Source: Pirellulaceae bacterium
GTDB taxonomy: Bacteria > Planctomycetota > Planctomycetia > Pirellulales > Pirellulaceae
Length of the DNA: 64,000 nt
Direction of reading: 5' to 3'
NCBI GenBank assembly: GCA_041751935.1
Contig: JBGSIA010000057.1
Location: 1 to 64,000, forward strand
Each line of letters opens with the position of its first letter. The first letter of the stretch is position 1. This document shows, one piece after another, positions 8,479-17,605 of the stretch. A program made the position numbers and the translations under genes. The notes beneath the pieces were generated by a model, which did no database searches, was not told the DNA's origin, and worked only from the letters and a program-made list of their open reading frames with translations.

Positions 8479-9531
8479 ATGATGATGTTAGGTCCCTTCG
8501 CGCAGAACCGATCCATCACAAGACGCGATGCACTGCGTAGCGGTCTGGCTACCGCAGCCACCGCCGTAGCGATGTCAACGGCAGGTAAAGCGTATTCCCA
8601 GTCGCCCGCAAGTGACCCAATCGCGGATGACCGACGTGCTTCGACGAAACGCTACGGCATGAAGAAATCGATTAATCTGTGGGCGTTCCCGTATCCCGAG
8701 CGAATGACGCTCCAAGAGTGTTTAGTGCTTGCTAAACGAGCGGGTTTTGATGCCATCGAACTTAACTACGATCTAGACAATGACTTGTCGCCCAAGGCAA
8801 CTAACAAGGAGCTTTCTGCGATTCGGCAAATGGCCGATAAAATCGGAATTGAAATTAGTGGTTTATGCAGCTTTCTGTTTTGGCCCTACCCGCTATCAAG
8901 CAACGATCCCGCGAAACGCTCTCGAGGTATTGAGCTTGCCGGGATGATGGCTGATGCAGCGCACCAGATGGGTGTCAAGAACCTTCTTGTAGTTCCTGGA
9001 GCGATTCACATCCCATGGCGCGATGACCATGAACCGGTCCCGAACGATGTTTGTGAGCGGCGAGCGAAAGAGGCCGTTGGAAAGTTGGTGGGCAAGGCGG
9101 AGAAGTCGGGTGTTTCGCTAAATATGGAAAATATTTTCTTCAATGGTTTTTTGATGACGCCAATGGAGATGTGCCAATTTGTTGACAGTTTCGGTAGTGA
9201 GGCCGTGCAAGTGCATTACGACACCGGCAATATCTCGATGTTCCAATTTGCTGAGCATTGGATACCAGTGATGGACAAGCGAATCAAGAATATCCATTTC
9301 AAAGAGTTCACTAAGAAAGGTACCGATTATTCGCTGGAGACGTTTCGACCATTATTAGACGGTACAACGAATTGGCCAGCGGTAATGCAGGCATTAGAAG
9401 AAGTTGGTTACGATGGTTACGTAACGTTCGAGTATTTTCACCCGTATCTTCATTACCCGGAAGCCTTGATCTACCAAACTTCAGATTCGTTGGACCGCAT
9501 GCTCGGACGTTACACGGAACCGGTGGGTTAG
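8479..9531 (+). CDS. Sugar phosphate isomerase/epimerase (xylose-isomerase-like TIM barrel), Tat-secreted
   Basis: ATG at 8479 gives MMMLGPFAQNRSITRRDALRSGLATAATAVA, a twin-arginine signal. The AP-endonuclease-2/xylose-isomerase-like barrel shows in 'GFDAIELNYD...NLLVVPG...VHYDTGN...FEYF'. Confidence 0.7.
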   Translation: MMMLGPFAQNRSITRRDALRSGLATAATAVAMSTAGKAYSQSPASDPIADDRRASTKRYGMKKSINLWAFPYPERMTLQECLVLAKRAGFDAIELNYDLDNDLSPKATNKELSAIRQMADKIGIEISGLCSFLFWPYPLSSNDPAKRSRGIELAGMMADAAHQMGVKNLLVVPGAIHIPWRDDHEPVPNDVCERRAKEAVGKLVGKAEKSGVSLNMENIFFNGFLMTPMEMCQFVDSFGSEAVQVHYDTGNISMFQFAEHWIPVMDKRIKNIHFKEFTKKGTDYSLETFRPLLDGTTNWPAVMQALEEVGYDGYVTFEYFHPYLHYPEALIYQTSDSLDRMLGRYTEPVG

Positions 9532-9656
9532 GACCTAGCGGACAGTATGTGTTGGATTAGAAGGCGGCCGAGGCTTCTAAGAACGAGGGAGCATCATCTG
9601 ACGTAGTGGATCTTGTTGTGTGTTTTTATTGTAGGACAGCGAGGGAAGTTTGAGTG

Positions 9657-11045
9657 ATGCCTCATCAGGATGAAGTCGTGTTCGTCGACACCGGTGGTGC
9701 GATGCCTCCGATGTGGCCTCGCCGCGTGATGTTTTTTGCTAACTTGTTAGCAATCTTTTTTGGCAACGACGAGCAGACAGCAGCGCTGAGAGCAGTAGTT
9801 GGTGAGATCGACTCTTACAGCGCGAGATTGATTCCCATCTTGAATTTGCTGTTTCGGGGCGACGACAATCTTCTATTTTTGGAGCGTGAGCCAGACCCGA
9901 CGCTTTGCCGTTACTTGCATGATGATTTGGGGCTTTCGCTACCGAGGATGCATGTTTTATCCCACAATGATTATCTCGATCTCGGAAAGCAACTGATTCG
10001 TGATCATGACTTTGATCCGTCGCCGCTACTTGGCCGCGTGATCTCTCACAATCCAGGCTGGGTCGATGGCTATGTTACCGACGACTCTTTGGCACGAATT
10101 GCCACTAGATTGGGATGTCCCACGGTGACCACTACGACAGCAAGCTTCAATGGGAATAATAAGTTACGGTTGCACGAGTTTCTTGTCAGTCAAGGTTTGC
10201 CGACCTTTGATACGTGCTTGGCTGAATCAGGTTCCGATATTTTTCGCTGTGCCGACGAGTTGTCTAATTTGGGTTACCAGTCGGCTGTGATCCGAGCCCA
10301 GGTGGGTGCGTCCGGTATTGGGATGTTGCGATTGCGAGAACTTCGATCGCCTGGCGAGTTTCCCAGTGTTCCGCCATATTTTTTTCACGATGGGCCGTGT
10401 ATGGTGCAAGGTTGGTTAGCACCAAGTAACCAAGACATTTTGGAAATCTACAGTCCCAGCACACAATTGTTTCTGGACGAGAATCATGTTTATGCGTTCG
10501 ATATGACGGAACAAATCCTGAGTTCCGAGAATGTTCATCAAGGCAATGAATCGCCTCCGCCGTACATAAAACAGTTTTCTGGATTGTATGAAGAAACCAT
10601 ACGTCAAGCCGCGATCGTTACACGTTGGCTTCATGGCACCGGATATCGAGGCACGGCGAGTATCGATTGGTTGGTTGTGCGGCGCAATAATCCTGATCGC
10701 TTCGATGTTTACGTTTGTGAAATCAATGCTCGTGTAACTGGGGCAACGTACCCATCCCTGTTGGCTAAGCATTTTCACGATAAAGGAGCGTGGCTACTAA
10801 GAAATTTGAGATTGCGGGTGCCTGTCACGACGACATCGTTGTTGCAAATGTTCGAACGACCGGGACACTTATTCCATCCCGACCGGCGTGCGGGGATTCT
10901 GCCTATGAACTTGAATTTCGGAGTTGACGACTTGGTACACAAGGGCCAGTTTGTCTGTATCGGCGAGTCGACGGCGGATTGCCATCGGTTCCTGAGTCTG
11001 GCCGAACGTGATTTGCCGATTCAATGGGATAGCGACCGTGATTGA
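9657..11045 (+). CDS. ATP-grasp ligase with N-terminal pre-ATP-grasp domain (PGM1-like peptide/amino-acid ligase family)
   Basis: The ATP-grasp core motifs are '[14 protein letters not shown]...[14 protein letters not shown]...[15 protein letters not shown]'. ATG at 9657 has a GAGGGAAG SD-like sequence 9 nt upstream. Confidence 0.6.
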   Translation: MPHQDEVVFVDTGGAMPPMWPRRVMFFANLLAIFFGNDEQTAALRAVVGEIDSYSARLIPILNLLFRGDDNLLFLEREPDPTLCRYLHDDLGLSLPRMHVLSHNDYLDLGKQLIRDHDFDPSPLLGRVISHNPGWVDGYVTDDSLARIATRLGCPTVTTTTASFNGNNKLRLHEFLVSQGLPTFDTCLAESGSDIFRCADELSNLGYQSAVIRAQVGASGIGMLRLRELRSPGEFPSVPPYFFHDGPCMVQGWLAPSNQDILEIYSPSTQLFLDENHVYAFDMTEQILSSENVHQGNESPPPYIKQFSGLYEETIRQAAIVTRWLHGTGYRGTASIDWLVVRRNNPDRFDVYVCEINARVTGATYPSLLAKHFHDKGAWLLRNLRLRVPVTTTSLLQMFERPGHLFHPDRRAGILPMNLNFGVDDLVHKGQFVCIGESTADCHRFLSLAERDLPIQWDSDRD

Positions 11046-11046
11046 G

Positions 11047-12174
11047 ATGAAAGATATGCAAGAACTACAGTCACGACTGGTTTCGTTGACGCGTGATTTA
11101 ATTCTTATTCCCAGTACTGAAAACCGGCCGCGAGAAAGGGATCGCTGTTTCGAATTTTTACGTCATCACCTCGATACTGTCGCAGGATTGAAAGTCGAGT
11201 ATTTTACCTCGCGCGAGCACCGATCGATGGTGGTTCGGCCCGAGAACGATGACGCTCCTGCGGTGCTGCTTTGCGGGCATCTTGACGTGATCGAGCATTC
11301 CGATACCGACTGCTACCACTCGCGAATCGACGAGGGTCGGATCGTTGGTCCAGGTAGCGGCGATATGAAAGGCCAGATCTCGATCATGGTCGAGTTGCTG
11401 CGATCGCTCCACGGGTCGCACCCGGGAATCTCGCTTGGCGCCGCTTTCACAAGCGACGAAGAACGCGGCGGTGCTGACGGAGTCCGTTATTTGCTTGATG
11501 ACGCCGGGTTACGATGTGGGTTGGCAATCGTTCCCGACGGCGGTTCGTTGAATGAGGTCACAATCGAAGAGAAAGGGGTGCTTCATGTGCGTGTTAGGCA
11601 ATCGGGGCGCGAAGCTCATGGGGCGCGACCGTGGCTCGGTGAAAATGCTGTCGAGAAATTGCTGCATAGGTTAACGCGATTGCAGCAACACTTTCTTCAG
11701 TATTGGCCGACCCTTCCGATTCAAGAGCAAGTCAACCATTGGTTTCCCACTTGTTCGATTACGATCTGTGACACAGAGAACAGAACGGTCAATCGAATCC
11801 CTTGTCAAGCGATGGCGATCATGGATGTTCGCTTTCCGCCGCCGCACTCCGTGGAGAGTATGGTTGCAGAGATTTCTGATGTTTTAGGATCTGGGTGCGA
11901 TATCGACGTGTTGATGAGTGCCGAACCAACTCATTTGGATCCTGATCCATTATTCTGCCAGGCGACTGAGCAGATCACCGCGGAACCGGTGAGGATGGTA
12001 CGAGCTTCGGGAGGAAGCGACAGTCGTTTTTTTCGGACGTATGGCATCCCCGTCAATCTCTCGCGTCCATTGGTGGGTAATTTGCATGCCATCGACGAAT
12101 GGATCGACATTCAATCGATGGTGACGTATTACCGAATCTGTGAACGCTACATCATCCAGCGAAGCAGTAGGTGA
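11047..12174 (+). CDS. M20-family metallohydrolase (ArgE/DapE-like deacylase/peptidase)
   Basis: '[11 protein letters not shown]' holds the metal-binding His/Asp, and '[10 protein letters not shown]' matches the M20 catalytic region. ATG sits 1 nt after the ATP-grasp stop. Confidence 0.75.
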   Translation: MKDMQELQSRLVSLTRDLILIPSTENRPRERDRCFEFLRHHLDTVAGLKVEYFTSREHRSMVVRPENDDAPAVLLCGHLDVIEHSDTDCYHSRIDEGRIVGPGSGDMKGQISIMVELLRSLHGSHPGISLGAAFTSDEERGGADGVRYLLDDAGLRCGLAIVPDGGSLNEVTIEEKGVLHVRVRQSGREAHGARPWLGENAVEKLLHRLTRLQQHFLQYWPTLPIQEQVNHWFPTCSITICDTENRTVNRIPCQAMAIMDVRFPPPHSVESMVAEISDVLGSGCDIDVLMSAEPTHLDPDPLFCQATEQITAEPVRMVRASGGSDSRFFRTYGIPVNLSRPLVGNLHAIDEWIDIQSMVTYYRICERYIIQRSSR

Positions 12175-12180
12175 AGGTTA

Positions 12181-13287
12181 CTACTCCGAGCTGATAGGTA
12201 TCGCCTCCTGTTCGGCGATCTGCAACGACTTAGCATAATTGATTACAAGTTGTTTGATTGCCGTTCGAGCAATACCTTCGGGCATCAAACGACCAAACGC
12301 AAAGTCAACGATTTGTTTGTTATCTTTGTCACTGTACTCCTGCAAGTGTGCAGTTGCGTCGCCAGTAAATCGCTTGTCAAGGTCCAATATCATCGTGGGC
12401 GTGGTCGGCTCGAAAGACAGATCGTCCAGATCTATCCAGCGTCGCAGGGGAGTCTTGGTCGTGCTGAACCAGAGTTTTCGCTCACTTGGTTCGTAAACCA
12501 ATTGCCACTGAGTCAGGCCGGGCTGTGCAACGCGGCCAAGTGTGGAAAGAGCGAAATCGATTCGTTGATCGGGGGAAGAGTTTTTTGAAACTTCGCTGAT
12601 CGATTGGACCGCTTGTATGTATCGTTGTTCGCTTGTGTTGCCCGGTTGTTCACCGTCGAGCGCCGCAGAGGACTCCGGCCAAGTTGAATTCGACAATGCG
12701 CATTGTGCGACTTCGGTACCATGTTGGACGACCGCTCGACCGTCAAGAAACTCGATCACCGCCACACCTCCGCTAGCATCGGTGATGAAGTAGTGCACAC
12801 GCTCGATTGCTGGCAGCATCGGAACGGGTACGACGTTTTCTAAGCTTGCAATGACTTCCTTCACCGTGGTCGCGGTATCCAATTGGTACTGCACCCACTG
12901 CACCACGTTGACTGTCGACATGTCAGCAGTCGGGCTGGGGAACTTGGCGTCGATCAGCTCCAACAAATCGACGGTTAATCCGTGTTCATTCATTCCCGCA
13001 AACGGAATCTCGCGACCGAACTGGACCAAGGAAACACTGCCGTACTTGGAAACCCAAGTTGCTGGGTTGAAGGGCGATAGGGAGGTTTTCTTAATTCCGC
13101 GTTGATTGACAACCAGCGCCCCCTCGCCAAACGGCCAATCGTGATTGCGAGCAACAATCAAATGTCCATCGAACGAATATCGGACAACGGTACAAGCTGC
13201 GCAGGTGGACCTCGATCCGGTCGACGTCAGCACGACCAATGCTGCGGCGAGGATCGAACGAATCGCAAATCGACTTTGAGTTAGCAT
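12181..13287 (-). CDS. Secreted Ntn-hydrolase, choloylglycine hydrolase / linear amide C-N hydrolase family
   Basis: Signal peptide MLTQSRFAIRSILAAALVVLTSTGSRSTCAA is followed by the nucleophile Cys in 'CTVVRYSFDGHLIVARNHDW'. The ATG for MLTQ is on the minus strand at 13287; the GTG at 13482 adds 65 aa. Confidence 0.7.
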   Translation of the reverse strand: MLTQSRFAIRSILAAALVVLTSTGSRSTCAACTVVRYSFDGHLIVARNHDWPFGEGALVVNQRGIKKTSLSPFNPATWVSKYGSVSLVQFGREIPFAGMNEHGLTVDLLELIDAKFPSPTADMSTVNVVQWVQYQLDTATTVKEVIASLENVVPVPMLPAIERVHYFITDASGGVAVIEFLDGRAVVQHGTEVAQCALSNSTWPESSAALDGEQPGNTSEQRYIQAVQSISEVSKNSSPDQRIDFALSTLGRVAQPGLTQWQLVYEPSERKLWFSTTKTPLRRWIDLDDLSFEPTTPTMILDLDKRFTGDATAHLQEYSDKDNKQIVDFAFGRLMPEGIARTAIKQLVINYAKSLQIAEQEAIPISSE

Positions 13288-13474
13288 CGTGGGCGGGCTT
13301 TCGGTTTTCGTTCGTGGCGACGTTGGTAAAGGTTTCTCATCGACAGTAAGACGGACTGTAGAATATACCGCATTTTGCAGCAAAATAGCCAGCGTTTCAA
13401 ACACGGACAGGGTTTGGTTATACTCTACGATCGAGAAACGTCTGACATAGTGATAGCCGCGAGCTTGATTGCTA

Positions 13475-15760
13475 ATGAACATTTTTACGATGCCCGCCCG
13501 AATCCTTTTTGTGCTGCTGTTGGCGGCTTTTTCGCCTCAGGTTTCGTCTCTTGCGAGTGCCGTCGAGGTGTTTATCGAAGCAGAGAGCTTTGATGACCCT
13601 GGTGGCTGGCAACTTGATACACAATTCATCCAGCAGATGGGTTCGCCCTACTTGTTGGCTCATGGACTTGGCAAGCCGGTAGAAGATGCCGTCAAAAAAG
13701 TTGAGGTTCCCGTAGCAGCGGAGTACCGAGTTTGGGTTCGCACCAAGGATTGGGTCGCGCGGTGGAAAGCATCGCCAGCGCCGGGTCAATTTCAGTTAAT
13801 CCTTGGGGGCAAGAAGGTTGCCGCAACATTTGGAACCGAGGGCGAAGAGTGGTCGTGGCACAACGGTGGAACCATCACGCTTGCTGCGGGTGAAATGGAA
13901 GTGCGATTGCACGACTTAACTGGGTTTGACGGGCGTTGCGATTGTATTTATCTCACAACGGAATTGGGCAATGAACCACCACCAGCGCGGGATGTGCTGT
14001 CGCAGTGGCGGCGAGATCAGCTCGGACTCACGAACGAGGCTATCGAGAAGGGACCGTATGACTTAGTCGTCGTGGGTGGCGGTTATGCTGGGATGGGATC
14101 GGCGATTTCGGCAGCGCGTATGGGATGTCGTGTTGCTTTGATTCAAGATCGTCCGGTGCTCGGTGGAAACGGTTCAAGTGAAGTTCGCGTGTGGGCCATG
14201 GGGCTCGTTCGTCGTGGCAAGTTTCCTCGAGTTGGCGAGATCATTGAAGAGTTTGCCGATCGTGCAACGAAGTCGCCGGGCACCGAAGAAGAGTTCGGCG
14301 ATGATTTGAAAGAAAAAGTGGTTCGCGCCGAGCCAAACATTGACCTAATGCTGAACCATCATGCGTATGCCGTGGAGATGGATGGCGATCATATTTTGGC
14401 TGTCAAGGCATTCGATACTCGTAGCGGTGCCGACCTGAAAATCGTTGGAGATCGATTTGCCGATTGCACGGGTCATGCTTGGATTGGTCAGTGGGCCAAT
14501 GCTGAATACGACATGACTCCCGAGGGCCGCATGGGCATGTCGAACATGTGGCGGTGGGACGAAACCGATTCGCCGACACAGTTCCCTGAAACACCTTGGG
14601 CTCTCGACTTAACGATGGAAGATTTTCCTTACCCACGAGACAACCATGGACAGTGGTTCTGGGAGAGTGGTTTCGATATTCATGCAGTGGATGATGCCGA
14701 AGCGATACGTGATTGGAACTTGCGGGCTGTATTTGGTGCGTTCAACGCCATGAAGAATCGCGACGGTGCCAACGAACACAAGAACGCGATTTTAAGTTGG
14801 GTTGCCTTTGTTGGTGGTCCGCGCGAGAGCCGACGGTTGCTCGGTGATGTCGTCTTATCGCAAGACGATGTGGTCGATAAACGAGAATTTCCTGACGGTT
14901 GTGTGCCGAGTACTTGGTCCATTGACCTGCATTACCCTAAAGACCAGTACGCAATTAAGTTCTCGGACAATCCTTTTATTAGCATTGCAGTTCACGATCG
15001 TCGCGTCGACCGCATGTACGGATACCCGGTGCCCTACCGATGTTTTTACAGTCGCAATATCGATAACCTGTTCATGGCCGGTCGTTGTATTAGTGTTACA
15101 CACGAAGCGCTGGGCACCGTGCGCGTCATGAAGACGTGTGGCATGATGGGTGAAGTGGTTGGTAAAGCAGCGTCAATCTGTACCGCCGAGAATTGCACTC
15201 CTCGCGAAGTTTACGAGAAACACTTGAATGACTTGTTGGAGTTGTTGAAGCTTCCTGGCGTGGCTCGTCGAAGCACACCTACGGCTGATATCGTTGTTCC
15301 CGAGAATGTACAACCGGCTGCTGGACCCTATGGGCCACCTGACGGAGTTGACCCGGCATCGATAGAAGGCGTCGTTGTTGACGATCTAGACGCAAAACTG
15401 CAGGGCAAGTGGACCGAGGGTACGGGACTGAAGGGCTATGTCGGTTATGGTTATCGGTACGCATCGCCGAACTCTGACGCGTCGTGTCGCTTCACGGCAA
15501 AGGTTGATAAGCCAGGCCGATACCGCGTCGAACTGTATTGCCAGCCCCACGAGAATCGCGGCAAGAATGTTCCCGTTGTGGTTGATACCGGCGTGATGCG
15601 GACCGAGCATCGCATCAACCAACGCGATCTTGAGGAACCAACGATCGAGCTGCAAACGGTAAATTTGGTGGAGGGTCAGGAAATCAGTGTCGTGATTCGA
15701 ACCGAAGACGCTGGTGGTTTCGTCCACGCGGATGCTATGAGGCTTGTGCCCGTTAAATGA
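13475..15760 (+). CDS. Secreted FAD-dependent oxidoreductase (PF12831-like) with an N-terminal ~190-aa beta-sandwich (CBM-like) domain
   Basis: A signal peptide is followed by 'DLVVVGGGYAGMGSAISAARMGCRVALIQDRPVLGGNGSSE', a GxGxxG FAD fold. The C-terminal beta-rich region runs about 150 aa. Confidence 0.7.
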   Translation: MNIFTMPARILFVLLLAAFSPQVSSLASAVEVFIEAESFDDPGGWQLDTQFIQQMGSPYLLAHGLGKPVEDAVKKVEVPVAAEYRVWVRTKDWVARWKASPAPGQFQLILGGKKVAATFGTEGEEWSWHNGGTITLAAGEMEVRLHDLTGFDGRCDCIYLTTELGNEPPPARDVLSQWRRDQLGLTNEAIEKGPYDLVVVGGGYAGMGSAISAARMGCRVALIQDRPVLGGNGSSEVRVWAMGLVRRGKFPRVGEIIEEFADRATKSPGTEEEFGDDLKEKVVRAEPNIDLMLNHHAYAVEMDGDHILAVKAFDTRSGADLKIVGDRFADCTGHAWIGQWANAEYDMTPEGRMGMSNMWRWDETDSPTQFPETPWALDLTMEDFPYPRDNHGQWFWESGFDIHAVDDAEAIRDWNLRAVFGAFNAMKNRDGANEHKNAILSWVAFVGGPRESRRLLGDVVLSQDDVVDKREFPDGCVPSTWSIDLHYPKDQYAIKFSDNPFISIAVHDRRVDRMYGYPVPYRCFYSRNIDNLFMAGRCISVTHEALGTVRVMKTCGMMGEVVGKAASICTAENCTPREVYEKHLNDLLELLKLPGVARRSTPTADIVVPENVQPAAGPYGPPDGVDPASIEGVVVDDLDAKLQGKWTEGTGLKGYVGYGYRYASPNSDASCRFTAKVDKPGRYRVELYCQPHENRGKNVPVVVDTGVMRTEHRINQRDLEEPTIELQTVNLVEGQEISVVIRTEDAGGFVHADAMRLVPVK

Positions 15761-17400
15761 CGGACATTGCGGGAATACTCGTACATACGCTTCGAGTGGT
15801 GTTGGTCGGGTTGTTGCTCTTGCTGTTGCATCGTCCGCCAGAAGCAAACGTCACTGCCGACCAACCGCCCACAATCGACAAAATTCGTGAAGTCATCTCC
15901 GCGGCGCAGGCCCTTGTGCAACCCCCGGACTCGCTCCGCATATGGGATGTGCTTGATCACAACCAAAAAACGGTCGGTCGCGTGGCACGCACGCTTCCCC
16001 AAGCTGCTGCGGTTCGCGGTTATCGCGGTCCAACCGAAGCATTGTTGGTGCTCGATGATCTCAATCGAATCAAGCAGGTTTCGATCCTCGGCAGTCGAGA
16101 CACGATCGAGCATGTCGAAATCGTACGTCACGATGCACGCTTTCTTGCACAGTTCCAGGGTTGGCAGCTTGGTAGTACAGCGACAGCGACAAAGATCGAT
16201 GGTGTCTCCGGCGCCACGTTAACGAGTTTGGCGTTTGCGAGTGGAATCCTTCAGCGACTCGGTGTCGCTAATGGGTCACTCGTTTTTCCCGACGACATCA
16301 GCGCACAGGAAGCCAGCGAGTTGGCGGATTTTCAGCGTGAAGGTTCTACTCCGGTTGTTTATCGAACAGGGATCTACGACGACGGTACGATCGGTTATCA
16401 GGGACCGACGGAAATGCTCATTGCCGTGTCCCGCGAAGGGAACCTATTAGCCGCTAAAATCCGCAAGTCTTTCGATAACGAAGCGTATGTCGACTATGTG
16501 CGAACGGACAAATATTTTTGGAAGACGTTCATCGGAAAACCACTCAATGAGTTGGCGGAATCTGCGTCCGGTGTGGAAGGCGTCTCGGGCGCAACAATGA
16601 CGAGCCAAGCAATTGCCGAAACTCTCGCAGTGGCGGCTGGAAAAATCCAGCTAACGCGAAACGAGCAAGCTGTGCCAAAGCCATCGTTACTTGCAAGGTT
16701 CACATCAAGCGTCAATTTTTCGTGGGCAGAAATCGCCACGGTGGTGATACTGCTGTTGGCACTCGGGTACCACCGATTCGCACGGCAACACAAGCATTGG
16801 GTACGACGAATATGGTTGATATCGACGATAGTTGTGCTGGGCGTTTGGGCGGGTAATTTGCTTTCGCTTTCGCTTATTGCCGGATGGTCACAAAGTGGAG
16901 TGGGTTGGCAAATCGCACCGGGGCTGACGATTTTAGTGATCGCAAGTCTGTTGGTGCCGCCGCTAACAAAGGCAAATCCTTATTGCAGTCACATGTGTCC
17001 TCACGGAGCGATCCAGCAATTGATTCGGCCTAAGAAGAGCCAGCGTCGCCACGTGCATGTTAGCGGTATAGTCCAACGCGTTTTGAAGTTTATCCCGGCG
17101 GTGACCTTGGCGATCGCTTATGCGATGTTACTCTTCCGGCCTGACACCGAATTAGCATCGTGGGAACCATTTCACGCCTACTTGTATCCAATCGCAGGAG
17201 TTGTGACGGTTGTGATCGCTATCGCCAGCTTGATCGTTGCCTCAATGGTCCCGATGGGGTACTGCCGTTTCGGATGTCCCACGGGAAGTCTTCTCGATTA
17301 TCTCCGCCGCAGCGCAGCGAGCCGGCGCGTCGGCATGGCTGACGCGCTCGTTCTGGCATTAGCGGTGTTGGCTGCAAGCGTTCGGTTTGGATTTTCCTGA
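15757..17400 (+). CDS. NosR/NirI-like membrane electron-transfer protein: 2x FMN-bind domains plus a polyferredoxin-like TM domain
   Basis: Two 'GVSGATLTS'/'GVSGATMTS' motifs are FMN_bind covalent flavinylation sites. The C-terminal multi-TM region carries 'CSHMCPHGAIQQ' and 'CRFGCPTG', resembling NapH/NosR CxxxCP motifs. ATG overlaps the upstream stop as ATGA. Confidence 0.65.
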   Translation: MTDIAGILVHTLRVVLVGLLLLLLHRPPEANVTADQPPTIDKIREVISAAQALVQPPDSLRIWDVLDHNQKTVGRVARTLPQAAAVRGYRGPTEALLVLDDLNRIKQVSILGSRDTIEHVEIVRHDARFLAQFQGWQLGSTATATKIDGVSGATLTSLAFASGILQRLGVANGSLVFPDDISAQEASELADFQREGSTPVVYRTGIYDDGTIGYQGPTEMLIAVSREGNLLAAKIRKSFDNEAYVDYVRTDKYFWKTFIGKPLNELAESASGVEGVSGATMTSQAIAETLAVAAGKIQLTRNEQAVPKPSLLARFTSSVNFSWAEIATVVILLLALGYHRFARQHKHWVRRIWLISTIVVLGVWAGNLLSLSLIAGWSQSGVGWQIAPGLTILVIASLLVPPLTKANPYCSHMCPHGAIQQLIRPKKSQRRHVHVSGIVQRVLKFIPAVTLAIAYAMLLFRPDTELASWEPFHAYLYPIAGVVTVVIAIASLIVASMVPMGYCRFGCPTGSLLDYLRRSAASRRVGMADALVLALAVLAASVRFGFS

Positions 17401-17605
17401 GCCTGAATCTGACATTTGGTGGCGTGTGGTAAGTATTTCTGGTCGTAGTGAATGATGGGGTTGCACATGCGTGTTGGTAAGTATCGCTGACTTTGATGCT
17501 TAATCGGTTCAGTGAAAAATAGTCAACGGTCGATGACTCAAGCTAAGCAGGCATGGATCGCCGCAGAAGTTTTTTCTTCGACCTTGACCAACGGCGAGAT
17601 CCGAC

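Noticed and set aside
9532-9653. Possible terminator AGAAGGC...GCTTCT after the sugar-phosphate isomerase gene
   Set aside because: Only about a 5-bp stem with mismatches. The downstream T-rich run is separated from it. The evidence is too weak to call.
12239-12588. Plus-strand ORFs antisense to the Ntn hydrolase
   Set aside because: These are shadow ORFs inside a well-supported minus-strand CDS.
15676-16131. 151-aa minus-strand ORF and a 151-aa plus-strand ORF at 15767-16222
   Set aside because: Both overlap the NosR-like gene and the flavoprotein 3' end in other frames, and both have a low-complexity Cys/Ser/Arg composition.
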